Positions 49,981 through 58,492 of a stretch of DNA of 61,451 nucleotides are shown in pieces. Position 1 is the stretch's first letter; every line of letters begins with the position of its first letter. Source of the stretch: Acutalibacteraceae bacterium. Its GTDB lineage: Bacteria; Actinomycetota; Coriobacteriia; Coriobacteriales; UMGS124. Made by a program: the position numbers and the translations under genes. The notes under the pieces are model-generated. The model was given only the letters and a program-made list of their open reading frames with translations. It was not told the origin of the DNA and searched no databases. The stretch spans positions 1 to 61,451 of the forward strand of contig CAVEWV010000007.1 of NCBI GenBank assembly GCA_963619535.1, written 5' to 3'.

Positions 49981-50979
49981 ATGCCCGTTTCAAAAATGGC
50001 GAGCCGTCAGGCCATCCGCTCCATGCTCGATGCCTATGGCTTGCAGGCAAAGTATGAGTTGGGCCAGAACTTCCTGGTAGACGACACCGTCGTTGCGCAC
50101 ATCGTGGAGCTTGCCGACATCGCGCCCGACGAGGTGGTGCTCGAGGTGGGCCCGGGCTGCGGCACGCTCACCTGCGCCCTTCTGCCGCGCGCCGCCGCCG
50201 TGGTGGCCGTCGAGGCCGACGCCGACATGCAGGGGCCGCTCTCCGAGGTGACGAGCGACTACTCCGAGCGATTCGCCCTGGTAATGGGCGACGCCACGAA
50301 GGTCGCCCCCGCGCAGGTGGCCGAGGCCCTGGCGGGACTTCGCGCCAAGAACGCCGCGCTCGCGGGGATTCCCGAGCTGCCGAGCCGCTGGGTCGCCAAC
50401 CTGCCCTACGCGGTGGCCGCCACGCTCATCCTGCAGTACTTCCAGGACTGGCCCTTCATCCAAGACGCCACAGTCATGGTGCAAAGCGAGGTGGCCGACC
50501 GCATCTGCGCCGAGCCCGGCTCGAAGATCTACGGCGCCTACACGGTGAAGCTCCAGCTCTTCGCCCAGGTGACGGGGCGTTTCCAGGTGCCCGCGCGCAG
50601 CTTCTTCCCCGAGCCGCACGTGGAGAGCGCCGTGGTGCGCCTGCATCGCCTGCCCGCCGAGGACCGCCTGGCAGACGAGGACGCCGCCTATGCCGCCGAG
50701 GTGGTGGACGCCGCCTTCGCCCAGCGCCGCAAGACCCTGCTCAACTCCATGGCCGCCTGTGAGCGCTGGGGCCGCCCCGAGCTGGAGCGCGCACTTGCCC
50801 TCATGGGCATCGACGGCGGCACCCGCGCCGAGACCCTCTCGAAGGACCAGTTCGTGGGCCTGGCCTTCGCCCTGCGCGACGGACACGTGCCCCCGGCCTT
50901 CCGCCCGAGCGCCGAGCATGCGGCCCGTGCCCCCAAGAAGCCCAAGAAGCGCGCGGCCTTCGACCCCGACCTGGTGTAG
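49981..50979 (+). CDS. rsmA: 16S rRNA (adenine1518/1519-N6)-dimethyltransferase
   Basis: LGQNFL, EVGPGCGTLT and ANLPY motifs, plus a basic C-terminal extension. Confidence 0.93.
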   Translation: MPVSKMASRQAIRSMLDAYGLQAKYELGQNFLVDDTVVAHIVELADIAPDEVVLEVGPGCGTLTCALLPRAAAVVAVEADADMQGPLSEVTSDYSERFALVMGDATKVAPAQVAEALAGLRAKNAALAGIPELPSRWVANLPYAVAATLILQYFQDWPFIQDATVMVQSEVADRICAEPGSKIYGAYTVKLQLFAQVTGRFQVPARSFFPEPHVESAVVRLHRLPAEDRLADEDAAYAAEVVDAAFAQRRKTLLNSMAACERWGRPELERALALMGIDGGTRAETLSKDQFVGLAFALRDGHVPPAFRPSAEHAARAPKKPKKRAAFDPDLV

Positions 50980-50985
50980 CGGGCC

Positions 50986-53484
50986 ATGAACGTCTTCGTC
51001 TCGCAGACGTGCTACCGGCAGGTCTGGGGCAGCGTCAAGGGGTCGAGCACGCGGCGCGTCGAGGACTTCAACCGGCTCGTGGAGCGGCTGCGCGAGGCCC
51101 GCACCCGCGAGGACCTGCAGGTCAAGGGCCTAGGCACCAAGAAATACCGCTCCGTGGGCGGCGACGTCTACGGGGTGGACCTCAACAACGGGCTCACCGC
51201 CGAGCGCGTCATCTTCACCTTCCTGGACGAGTCGGACGAGCGGGGCCGCGAGGCGTTCGGACGCTACATGCAGCCCGGCCAGGCGCAGACGGTGCTTCTG
51301 TGCTATTGCTCCGAGCACGACTCCCAGCACCGCCACGCCGCCCAGGTCGCCCGCGGCCTGGCTGCGGGGGCGCCGGCGCGCATCGCCGATGTCCTGGGCG
51401 ACGCCCAGGCCGCCGAGCTCGCCCGCGTCCAGGCCTTCGAGGTCCCCTGGCGCACATTCGGCGAGGGCGACCTGGAGCGCTACGGCACTCCGCGCACCCC
51501 CGTGCTCACGCAGGACAAGTTCCGCATCGTGGGCGACTTCATGGCCTTCGGCGGCCCCATGCTCGTGACGGGCGCCGCCGGCAGCGGCAAGACCGAGCTG
51601 GGCCTGCGCATCATCGAGGAGGTCGCCGCGGCCCGTCCCTCGTCAGGCCCGGCCCGTATCCTCTACACCACCGTCTCGCAGCGCCTGCTCGCCGAGGTGG
51701 AGAGCCGCCTGAGCCATGCGGCCCGTGCGAGCTGCGACCTTCTGACCTACGACGCGCTCCTGCGCAGCCTGGCGTGCGACGACGCCGTGCGCTTCGCGGG
51801 CCGCAGGGCCTTTCTGGCCTTCGTGTCGGCGCTGCGGGCGCGCCCCGCCATGTGCGGCAAGGACCGCGTGTCCATCCTGCGCCTGGTGGACGGCCACGGC
51901 GAGGGCTGTATGTACGCCGAGCTCTACGGCGTCGTCTTCGGCGGCATGGGCGCCCAGTGGGGCCGTCTTGGGGGCGGCGGGCAGCCCGGCTCGCATGACA
52001 TGCTCGGTGAGGCCGACTACCTGGGGCTTCCCGGCGACATTGGCTATCTGAGCGGTCTGGAGGAGCGCAGGGCCGCCCATGCGACCGCCCGTCACTACGT
52101 CAAATGGCTCCAGGTGGCGAACCTGCGCTCGCGCAACGCCCTCGCCGCGCAGCTCGCGGTGCGGGGCCGCCTGCGGCCCTACGACCTGGTGGTGGCCGAC
52201 GAGGTGCAGGACCTCTCGGAGGTGCAGGTGGAGCTGCTCGCGCGCCTGGCGCGCCCCCAAGGGCAAGCCCATGCGCGCCTCTTCATGACCGGCGACGTCA
52301 ACCAGGTGCTAGCCCCCACGGCCTTCTCGGCCCGGCGCTACCTGCGCATGGACCCGGCGCTTGTCTGCGAGCGGCTCGAGGGCAACTTCCGCAACCCCAA
52401 GGCGGTGTGCGAGGTGGCAAACGGCGTGGCCCGTCTGCGCGCCGCCTCGCCGCGCCTGCCCCAGCGCCGCCGCCCCGAGATGGCCCAGGAGCGCTCGCAC
52501 AACCGCGTGGCGGGCCGCACGAGCTGGTGCGTCTGCGCCGACGAGGGGCTGCTCGTGCAGATGGCCGACGAGGCGGCCAACGTGGCCCTCGTGTGCGACG
52601 GCGCCACCTACGCGCGCCTCGCGCCCCAGTCTGCCAGCGTCTTCACGGTGGAGCAGATAAAGGGCATGGAGTTTGCCAACGTCATCCTCTACGGCCTGTT
52701 CGACACCCAGGCCCCGGCGCTTCAGGCGCTCTTCGCGGCCGGCCCCAAGGACGCGAGCCTGCATCGCTGCCTCAACCTGCTCTATGTGGGCGTCACGCGC
52801 GCCAGCGCGAACCTGCTTGTGGTGGAGGCCTCGCAGACGGCCTCGTTCGAGCGCTTCGTGCAGGCGTGCCCGGGCCTTGAGCGCATCGGCCACCCCAGGG
52901 AGGCGGGCTTCGACCTGGACGCCTCGGCGCTGGGGTACTTCCGGGTCGCCTGCGAGCTCAAGGAGCAGGGCGCCTACGCTGCCGCCCGCGTCAACTTCAA
53001 CCGCGCGCTCGGGGTGGGGGAGGACCTCGCGGGCGGCGCCCTGGAGCCCGAGCCGCGTGTCCGTGCGCGGCGCCTGGCCCGCGCCTGCGACATCTACCTG
53101 GGCCTGGGCGAGGACTTCGACGACCGTTCGGCCATGCTCGCCTTCGAGGCGGCGGGCCTCTACGAGCAGGCCGCCCCGCATGCCCGGGCGGCTCTCGACG
53201 ACGCCCACTGCGCGCTCATCGCCCTGGCGTCCGAGCGCGACCTGGACGGCGCCTGCTTCGGCCCCGAGGCCCGCGCTGAGAACTTCCGCGAGGCGCTTGG
53301 GCGCACCGGCCTGGACGTGGGGGACCTCTTCGGCGTGGCGCCCGCCTTCGACCGCCTGCTTGAGGAATACCTCCAGGCGCTTGTGGACGAGATGGATATA
53401 CTTGCGCTTGAGACGCAGGAGCACGCGGGCAACGCGTTGGCGGCGCTGGGCCGCATCTTTGCCCCGGGGAGGGACGAGGCGTGA
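50986..53484 (+). CDS. SF1 (UvrD/Rep-like) helicase-family ATPase with an extra N-terminal domain and a helical-repeat C-terminal domain
   Basis: Walker A is VTGAAGSGKT and motif II is VVADEVQDLSE. Also present are TGDVNQ, EGNFRNP, EQIKGMEFANVILYG and LLYVGVTRASANLLVVE. The N-terminal roughly 110 aa (KKYRSVGGDVYGVDLNNGLTAERVIFTF...TVLLCY) read like a RelE/HigB/Gp49-type fold. Confidence 0.8.
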   Translation: MNVFVSQTCYRQVWGSVKGSSTRRVEDFNRLVERLREARTREDLQVKGLGTKKYRSVGGDVYGVDLNNGLTAERVIFTFLDESDERGREAFGRYMQPGQAQTVLLCYCSEHDSQHRHAAQVARGLAAGAPARIADVLGDAQAAELARVQAFEVPWRTFGEGDLERYGTPRTPVLTQDKFRIVGDFMAFGGPMLVTGAAGSGKTELGLRIIEEVAAARPSSGPARILYTTVSQRLLAEVESRLSHAARASCDLLTYDALLRSLACDDAVRFAGRRAFLAFVSALRARPAMCGKDRVSILRLVDGHGEGCMYAELYGVVFGGMGAQWGRLGGGGQPGSHDMLGEADYLGLPGDIGYLSGLEERRAAHATARHYVKWLQVANLRSRNALAAQLAVRGRLRPYDLVVADEVQDLSEVQVELLARLARPQGQAHARLFMTGDVNQVLAPTAFSARRYLRMDPALVCERLEGNFRNPKAVCEVANGVARLRAASPRLPQRRRPEMAQERSHNRVAGRTSWCVCADEGLLVQMADEAANVALVCDGATYARLAPQSASVFTVEQIKGMEFANVILYGLFDTQAPALQALFAAGPKDASLHRCLNLLYVGVTRASANLLVVEASQTASFERFVQACPGLERIGHPREAGFDLDASALGYFRVACELKEQGAYAAARVNFNRALGVGEDLAGGALEPEPRVRARRLARACDIYLGLGEDFDDRSAMLAFEAAGLYEQAAPHARAALDDAHCALIALASERDLDGACFGPEARAENFREALGRTGLDVGDLFGVAPAFDRLLEEYLQALVDEMDILALETQEHAGNALAALGRIFAPGRDEA

Positions 53485-54149
53485 TGGAGCGACAGGATAT
53501 GGCGGGGTCGGTGGCGCCCGGCGCGGCACGGCCCGCGGGTGGCTTCTCTCAGCAGGCGGCGCGCCTTCTGGAGTCGGCCCGCGCAAACGAGCGGGCCGTG
53601 CGCGACCTCGAGGAGGCCGTGGGGCTGCTCGCCGAGGGCGTAGGCGAGCTTGCCGCGTGCGAGGGGCTCGCCGAGGCGCTGGGCGAGCTTGCCGGCCAGG
53701 CCCAGCAGGTGATGGACAGCGCCGAGCATGTGCGCGCGTGCTGTGACGCCGCCGGAGACTTCTCGCGTGTGGCCCAGGCAAGCGAGCAGGCCCTGGAGGC
53801 CATCGACGCCACGGCCGGGCAAGTGGAGGCCCTGGCGGGGCGTGCCGAGGCGCTCGCCCGGGGGCTGGCTGCGCTCGACGAGCGCTACGCGCAGGTGTTG
53901 GACGCCTTGGGACGCCTCGACGCCGACGCGCTCATGGTGCGCCTCGACGCCCTTGAGAGGCGCGTGGAGGCCGTGGTCACAAGCCTTGAGGAGCGCCAGG
54001 ACGCATACGATGCGGCCCTCGATTCGCGCCTTGCACGCCTGGAGGAGCTGGCGGCCCGGCTCGACGCGCCCTCCGTGGCAAACCAGCTCGCGGCAATCCT
54101 GGCCACCAACCAGCGCATTCTCGAGCATGTAGACTCCGGCGTGAGATGA
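53481..54149 (+). CDS. Hypothetical all-alpha coiled-coil protein, translationally coupled to the helicase
   Basis: The start overlaps the helicase stop (GTGATG). The sequence is A/L/E/R-rich with heptad-like periodicity, e.g. LDALERRVEAVVTSLEERQDAYDAALDSRLARLEELAARL. No catalytic motif was seen. Confidence 0.6.
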   Translation: MMERQDMAGSVAPGAARPAGGFSQQAARLLESARANERAVRDLEEAVGLLAEGVGELAACEGLAEALGELAGQAQQVMDSAEHVRACCDAAGDFSRVAQASEQALEAIDATAGQVEALAGRAEALARGLAALDERYAQVLDALGRLDADALMVRLDALERRVEAVVTSLEERQDAYDAALDSRLARLEELAARLDAPSVANQLAAILATNQRILEHVDSGVR

Positions 54150-54315
54150 GCCGGGGCGGCGCACGTGCGGCCTCCTATCCCACGTGCATGTCCGCTATCG
54201 TATATTTCCGGTGAATCCACACTATCTACGCCAAGGGCTGATACCATCCGCATCCCCCAAATTTTCCCCTGATGGTGGGAGGCACGCCCCCGTGCCCCCC
54301 GGAAGGTCATGGCGC

Positions 54316-54606
54316 ATGGAACTCGAAGAGCATCAGAGTAAGATCAACGAAATCCACGACAAGCTCGCCTCCATGACGGGCACGCACTTCAAGGTGCGTG
54401 CCAACATGGGGCGTTCCCGCGTGGTGGAGCGCGACGGCGTGCTCCTGCAGACCCACGACTCCCTCTTCATCGTCGAGGTGGAGGAGCGTCGCGGCCGTCG
54501 TGCCCGTCAGTCCTACCAGTACGTCGACGTGCTCACGGGCACCGTCGAGCTGAGCGACCCGGCTTCCGGCGAGCTCATTTTCGAGGCTGTGGGCGACCAG
54601 CAGTAA
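54316..54606 (+). CDS. veg: Veg (DUF1021) family protein
   Basis: IHDKLASMTGTHFKVRANMGRSRVVERDGVLLQTHDSLFIVEV...YQYVDVLTGTVEL matches the Veg pattern, and its position before ispE is the same as in Bacillus. Confidence 0.8.
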   Translation: MELEEHQSKINEIHDKLASMTGTHFKVRANMGRSRVVERDGVLLQTHDSLFIVEVEERRGRRARQSYQYVDVLTGTVELSDPASGELIFEAVGDQQ

Positions 54607-54633
54607 GTCGCCTGCGGGTTTTCTTCGGTGATC

Positions 54634-54658
54634 GGCGGGCCGCGTGCCCGCCTTTTTT
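54634..54658 (+). terminator. Intrinsic terminator after veg
   Basis: GGCGGGC-cgcgt-GCCCGCC followed by TTTTTT. Confidence 0.7.
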
Positions 54659-54672
54659 GTGGGAGGTCCCCG

Positions 54673-55536
54673 GTGCTTCTGTACGCCCATGCCAAGGTCA
54701 ACCTAATCCTTGCCGTGACGCCCGGCCCCCAGGAGTCGGGCTATCACGAGGTCCGCACGGTCATGTGCGCGCTTGACGTGCACGATGACGTCGAGGTCGA
54801 GCCTCTCGATCCGGGATGCGGCCTGGTGTTCTCCTGCAACCCCGACCCGCTGCCGGCCGGGGCCGACCCCGCTTCGAACCTCGCGGCGCGCGCGGCGTAT
54901 GCCATGGCGCAGGAGTTCGGTCACGCGCTCGACGTGCGCATCCACGTGGAGAAGCGCGTCCCCTCCCAGGCGGGCCTGGGCGGCGGCTCCTCCGACGCCG
55001 CGGCCGTTGTCAGGGGACTGGCACGCATATGGGGCGTCGAGGGCGACCCCAGGCTTGCGCAGGTCGCCCGCGGCCTGGGGGCCGACGTGGCGTTCTTCCT
55101 GCATGAGGTGCCGTCCTACCTCGACGGCAGGGGGGACGTGCTGCGCGAGACGTTCGCGCCCTTCCGGGTGCCCGTCGTGCTCGTGAAGCCCGCGCAGGGC
55201 GTCTCCACGGGGGCGTGCTACCGCCTGCTCGACGAGCTCGCCACGCCGCCCGCGCCCCTGGACGCCGCCCTCGAGGCGCTCCGTGCGGGGCAGACGTCCC
55301 AGGTCCTGTCCCTGTGCGCCAACAACATGCAACCGGCGGCGCGCCTGCTTGCCTGCGAGCTCGACGAGGTGCTCGCCTTCCTCGATGCGCAGGAGGGGCT
55401 GCGTGCGCCGGCGCTTCTGTGCGGCAGCGGCTCGTGCGTGTGCGCCTTCGTGCGCGACGCCCAGGACGCCCAGCGCATCGCGTGCCTTGCCTGCGAGCGC
55501 GGCTGGTGGGCGTGCGCGACTGAGACCCTGGGCTAG
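54673..55536 (+). CDS. ispE: 4-diphosphocytidyl-2-C-methyl-D-erythritol kinase
   Basis: RBS gggagg is 6 nt before the GTG at 54673. Motifs are AKVNLILAV, GYHEVRTVM and the GHMP motif PSQAGLGGGSSDAAA. Confidence 0.9.
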   Translation: MLLYAHAKVNLILAVTPGPQESGYHEVRTVMCALDVHDDVEVEPLDPGCGLVFSCNPDPLPAGADPASNLAARAAYAMAQEFGHALDVRIHVEKRVPSQAGLGGGSSDAAAVVRGLARIWGVEGDPRLAQVARGLGADVAFFLHEVPSYLDGRGDVLRETFAPFRVPVVLVKPAQGVSTGACYRLLDELATPPAPLDAALEALRAGQTSQVLSLCANNMQPAARLLACELDEVLAFLDAQEGLRAPALLCGSGSCVCAFVRDAQDAQRIACLACERGWWACATETLG

Positions 55537-56327
55537 CCCCGCGCGAGCGTCCTCGTTGCGAGCACGGCCGCGGCCAGCAGGAAGGGCAGGCTCGCCAGCA
55601 TGCCGGGCACGCTCGTCTCCGCGGCTGCGAGGGTCGTCGCCGACATCTCCCACACGGCGCCTGCCTGCCAGGCGAGGGCCGCGGGGCAAAAGCAGACGAG
55701 GTCGTAGACGGCGTGCACGCCGATTGCCCAGCCCAGCGTGCCCGTCTGGGCGCGAAGGCCGCTCATCGCAAGCCCGAACAGGAACACCTGCGCAAAGCGC
55801 AGCGCCTCCTGCGCGCCATTGGCCTGCCCCATGTGCAGCAGGGCGAACACCGCCGCGCAGGCGCATGCGGACTTCAGCGCGCGATGGCCTGTGGGCGCAA
55901 GCGCCCCGCGCACGGCGTCGACCGCGAGGCCCCGGAAGAACGCCTCCTCCCAGACGGCCGTGCCCAGGCACGACAGGACCAGCGGCCACAGCGCCGCCAA
56001 GACGCCCGCCGCGTCGGCCCTGGCCTGCAAGCCGTCCGCGCCCAGCGCGGCAAGTGTGCCTGCCAGGGCCGCGAGAGCGCACAACGCCCCCAGCGCGAAG
56101 GCCCCGCCTGTGCCCTGCCTCCTGGACGTCGGCGTGGTGTCACCGCCGCCAAGCCAGGCGCACCCCAGGGCGACGACGGCCGCCCCGAGCGCATGGAGGG
56201 CGTCGGCCGCCAGCGTGTCGCCCAGGGGAATGTGGTACAAGAGCACGACGGCCGCCAGGCACAGGCCTGCCGCCTGGGCGCTGCTGAGCCTGCATGTTTG
56301 CCGCCGTGTCGTCATCGTCTGCCCCAA
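55533..56327 (-). CDS. CPBP-family intramembrane glutamic endopeptidase (CAAX protease/Abi family)
   Basis: WEEAFFRGL and FALLHMG motifs in a polytopic protein. The start is uncertain, because the longest ORF overlaps the divergent TraX ORF. Confidence 0.8.
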   Translation of the reverse strand: MGQTMTTRRQTCRLSSAQAAGLCLAAVVLLYHIPLGDTLAADALHALGAAVVALGCAWLGGGDTTPTSRRQGTGGAFALGALCALAALAGTLAALGADGLQARADAAGVLAALWPLVLSCLGTAVWEEAFFRGLAVDAVRGALAPTGHRALKSACACAAVFALLHMGQANGAQEALRFAQVFLFGLAMSGLRAQTGTLGWAIGVHAVYDLVCFCPAALAWQAGAVWEMSATTLAAAETSVPGMLASLPFLLAAAVLATRTLARG

Positions 56328-56347
56328 CTGGTCGAGAGGAGTCTGGC

Positions 56348-57091
56348 TTGAGCACCGACCGCGCCCCGCACATCTCGTCGTTTGCGCTCAAGGTGGCCGC
56401 TATTGTAGGCATGACGCTGTGCCATGTGGGCGTCGTCTTCCAATCGGCGCTGCCCCTCTGGGCCTATTGCGTCCTGGAGGCGGGCGGTGGGCTCACCTTC
56501 CCCATCATGGCCTTCCTGGTGAGCGAGGGCTATCGCCACACGCACGACCTGCGCCGCTACGCGGCCCGGCTCGCGGCCTTCGCCCTCATGGCGCAGGTGC
56601 CTTACAGCCTCGCTTTCGAACCCGTGCCCATCGAGCTGGGCGAGGTCGCGCTGTGCCCGCCGATCACAGGCAACGTGCTGTTCACGCTGCTTTTGGGCCT
56701 GGGCCTTCTCGCGGCATACGACCGCATGCGCTGCCGGCCGGCGTTCTGGGCGCTCTTCTGCCTGTCCAGCCTCGCGAGCTGCGTGCTCGACTGGGGCCTC
56801 ATCGGCCCGGTCATGATCCTCATGTGCCATATCCTGCCCGAAGGCCAGCGTCGCGTGGTGCCGGCGGGCCTGGCGGTGCTCGCTTTGGGGCTGCCTGCCG
56901 CCCAGGCGGTGCTGGCCGGCGACGCTTGGGCCTCAGGGACGCTCTGCTACGAGCTCGTGGGGGGCGTCGGGGCCGTCGCGCTGCTGCGCGCCTACGACGG
57001 CACGCGGGGCAGGCCCCTCAAGTGGTTCTTCTACCTGTACTATCCGGCCCACCTCGCCGTCTTGGCGGCCCTGGCCGCCTGCCTGCTCTAG
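56348..57091 (+). CDS. TraX-family membrane protein
   Basis: SSFALKVAAIVGMTLCHVG, FPIMAFLVSEGYRHT and KWFFYLYYPAHLAVL. A TTG at 56348 follows RBS aggag; the ORF track starts at 56294. Confidence 0.8.
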   Translation: MSTDRAPHISSFALKVAAIVGMTLCHVGVVFQSALPLWAYCVLEAGGGLTFPIMAFLVSEGYRHTHDLRRYAARLAAFALMAQVPYSLAFEPVPIELGEVALCPPITGNVLFTLLLGLGLLAAYDRMRCRPAFWALFCLSSLASCVLDWGLIGPVMILMCHILPEGQRRVVPAGLAVLALGLPAAQAVLAGDAWASGTLCYELVGGVGAVALLRAYDGTRGRPLKWFFYLYYPAHLAVLAALAACLL

Positions 57092-57220
57092 CGCCGCCGG
57101 CCCCGTGCTCGCCTGCGTGGCCGCGCGATTCGACGCAAACAGGGGCAATCAAGGAGACTTCTCCACAAGATTCAAAAAGTCGGCTTGACCTTTCTGGAAA
57201 TCTGTTACTATGCCTAAGTC

Positions 57221-57297
57221 CGGGTTGTGGCTCAGCTTGGTAGAGCGCTGCGTTCGGGACGCAGAGGTCGCTGGTTCAAATCCAGTCAACCCGACCA
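57221..57297 (+). tRNA. tRNA-Pro (anticodon CGG)
   Basis: Acceptor CGGGTTG/CAACCCG, D stem GCTC/GAGC, anticodon stem CTGCG/CGCAG with loop TTCGGGA, T arm GCTGG-TTCAAAT-CCAGT, and encoded CCA. Confidence 0.9.
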
Positions 57298-57308
57298 GTC
57301 GAGTATTT

Positions 57309-57344
57309 AGAGGATCGTCGCTCTTGCAGTGGCGGTCCTCTTTT
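57309..57344 (+). terminator. Probable terminator after tRNA-Pro
   Basis: AGAGGAtCG...CGgTCCTCT followed by TTTT (imperfect stem). Confidence 0.45.
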
Positions 57345-57511
57345 ACTATCTGTTCGTCGCTTTGCCCTGCGGTGTCCAAAAAATGCCGCAAGCGAAGCAA
57401 AAGTGCGTGTATGTGCGTGGGTTGGTGGGGTACTATACCCCCGTACCGAAAACCGGCGGGTTCTTGCGAAACCAAAGCTCAAGTCCGCCACCGTTTATGG
57501 AGGATTGTGGT

Positions 57512-57820
57512 ATGAAGATTCTGGGTATGGGCGTTCCTGAGCTCCTCATCATTCTTGTGGTCGTTCTTCTGATCTTCGGGCCCAAGAACCTCCCGAAGCT
57601 CGGCGCCTCCCTGGGCAAGACCGTCAAGAACCTGCGTAAGGGCATGGCCGACGAGGACGAGGAGACGACTTCTTCCAAGAAGACCGCCGAGGACGTCGTC
57701 GAGGTCGTTGACGAGGATGACGCCGACGTCGAGGAGGAGCCTGCTCCCAAGAAGACCACCGCTGCCAAGAAGCGCAGCGCTGCCTCTTCTAAGAAGGCCG
57801 CAGCCGACGACGACGAGTAA
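57512..57820 (+). CDS. tatA: Twin-arginine translocase subunit TatA/E with an acidic/basic tail
   Basis: RBS ggagg; the sequence begins MKILGMGVPELLIILVVVLLIFGPKNLPKLGASLGKTVKNLRKG. Confidence 0.92.
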   Translation: MKILGMGVPELLIILVVVLLIFGPKNLPKLGASLGKTVKNLRKGMADEDEETTSSKKTAEDVVEVVDEDDADVEEEPAPKKTTAAKKRSAASSKKAAADDDE

Positions 57821-57850
57821 GTCGCCCCAGCTTCACAAGCGCAAACGAGC

Positions 57851-57884
57851 GCAGCGCACGTCTTCAAACGAGGACGTGCGCTGC
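57851..57884 (+). terminator. Hairpin after tatA
   Basis: A perfect 12-bp stem GCAGCGCACGTC-ttcaaacgag-GACGTGCGCTGC; the T-tract is weak (gtcgcgTTT). Confidence 0.5.
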
Positions 57885-58012
57885 GTCGCGTTTACTGCGA
57901 CTGCACGCGCATATGCTCCAAACCGGTGCCCGCTCTCGCGACGGGCACTTGTCGTGAAAGGCACGCCCCGACCGCCGCAGGCGGACGGGCCCAAACAAGG
58001 AGAAGTATCACC

Positions 58013-58492
58013 ATGGATGTAAACAAGGCTATCGTGCTGTCCGCCGAGGGCAAGCTCAAGCTCGAGGAGGAGCTGGCATGGCGTGAGGGCGCCGAGCGCG
58101 AGCGCATCACCGAGGCGATCGCCGTGGCCCGCGACTTCGGCGACCTTTCCGAGAACTCCGAGTACGACGACGCCAAGGACGAGCAGGCTGCCAACGAGAA
58201 CCGTATCCAGGTGCTCAAGCAGCAGCTCGCCAACTGCGTCGTGGTCGCCGCCCCCACCAAGGGCGGCCGCATCACCATCGGCCACGTCGTGCACCTGCAG
58301 GACGCCGCCGGCAAGGAGCGCGTCTACACGCTCGTGGGCACCGCCGAGGCCAGCCCGCGCGAGGGCAAGATCTCCAACGAGTCGCCCCTGGGCAAGGCCC
58401 TGCTTGACCACAAGGCCGGCGACACCGTGTCGTTCGTGAGTCCCGCGGGCAAGACCCTCTCCTACACCGTCACGGCTGTCGAGGCCCGCTAA
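58013..58492 (+). CDS. greA: Transcription elongation factor GreA
   Basis: RBS aaggag; the protein carries FGDLSENSEYDDAKDEQA and ISNESPLGKALLDHKAGD. Confidence 0.95.
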   Translation: MDVNKAIVLSAEGKLKLEEELAWREGAERERITEAIAVARDFGDLSENSEYDDAKDEQAANENRIQVLKQQLANCVVVAAPTKGGRITIGHVVHLQDAAGKERVYTLVGTAEASPREGKISNESPLGKALLDHKAGDTVSFVSPAGKTLSYTVTAVEAR

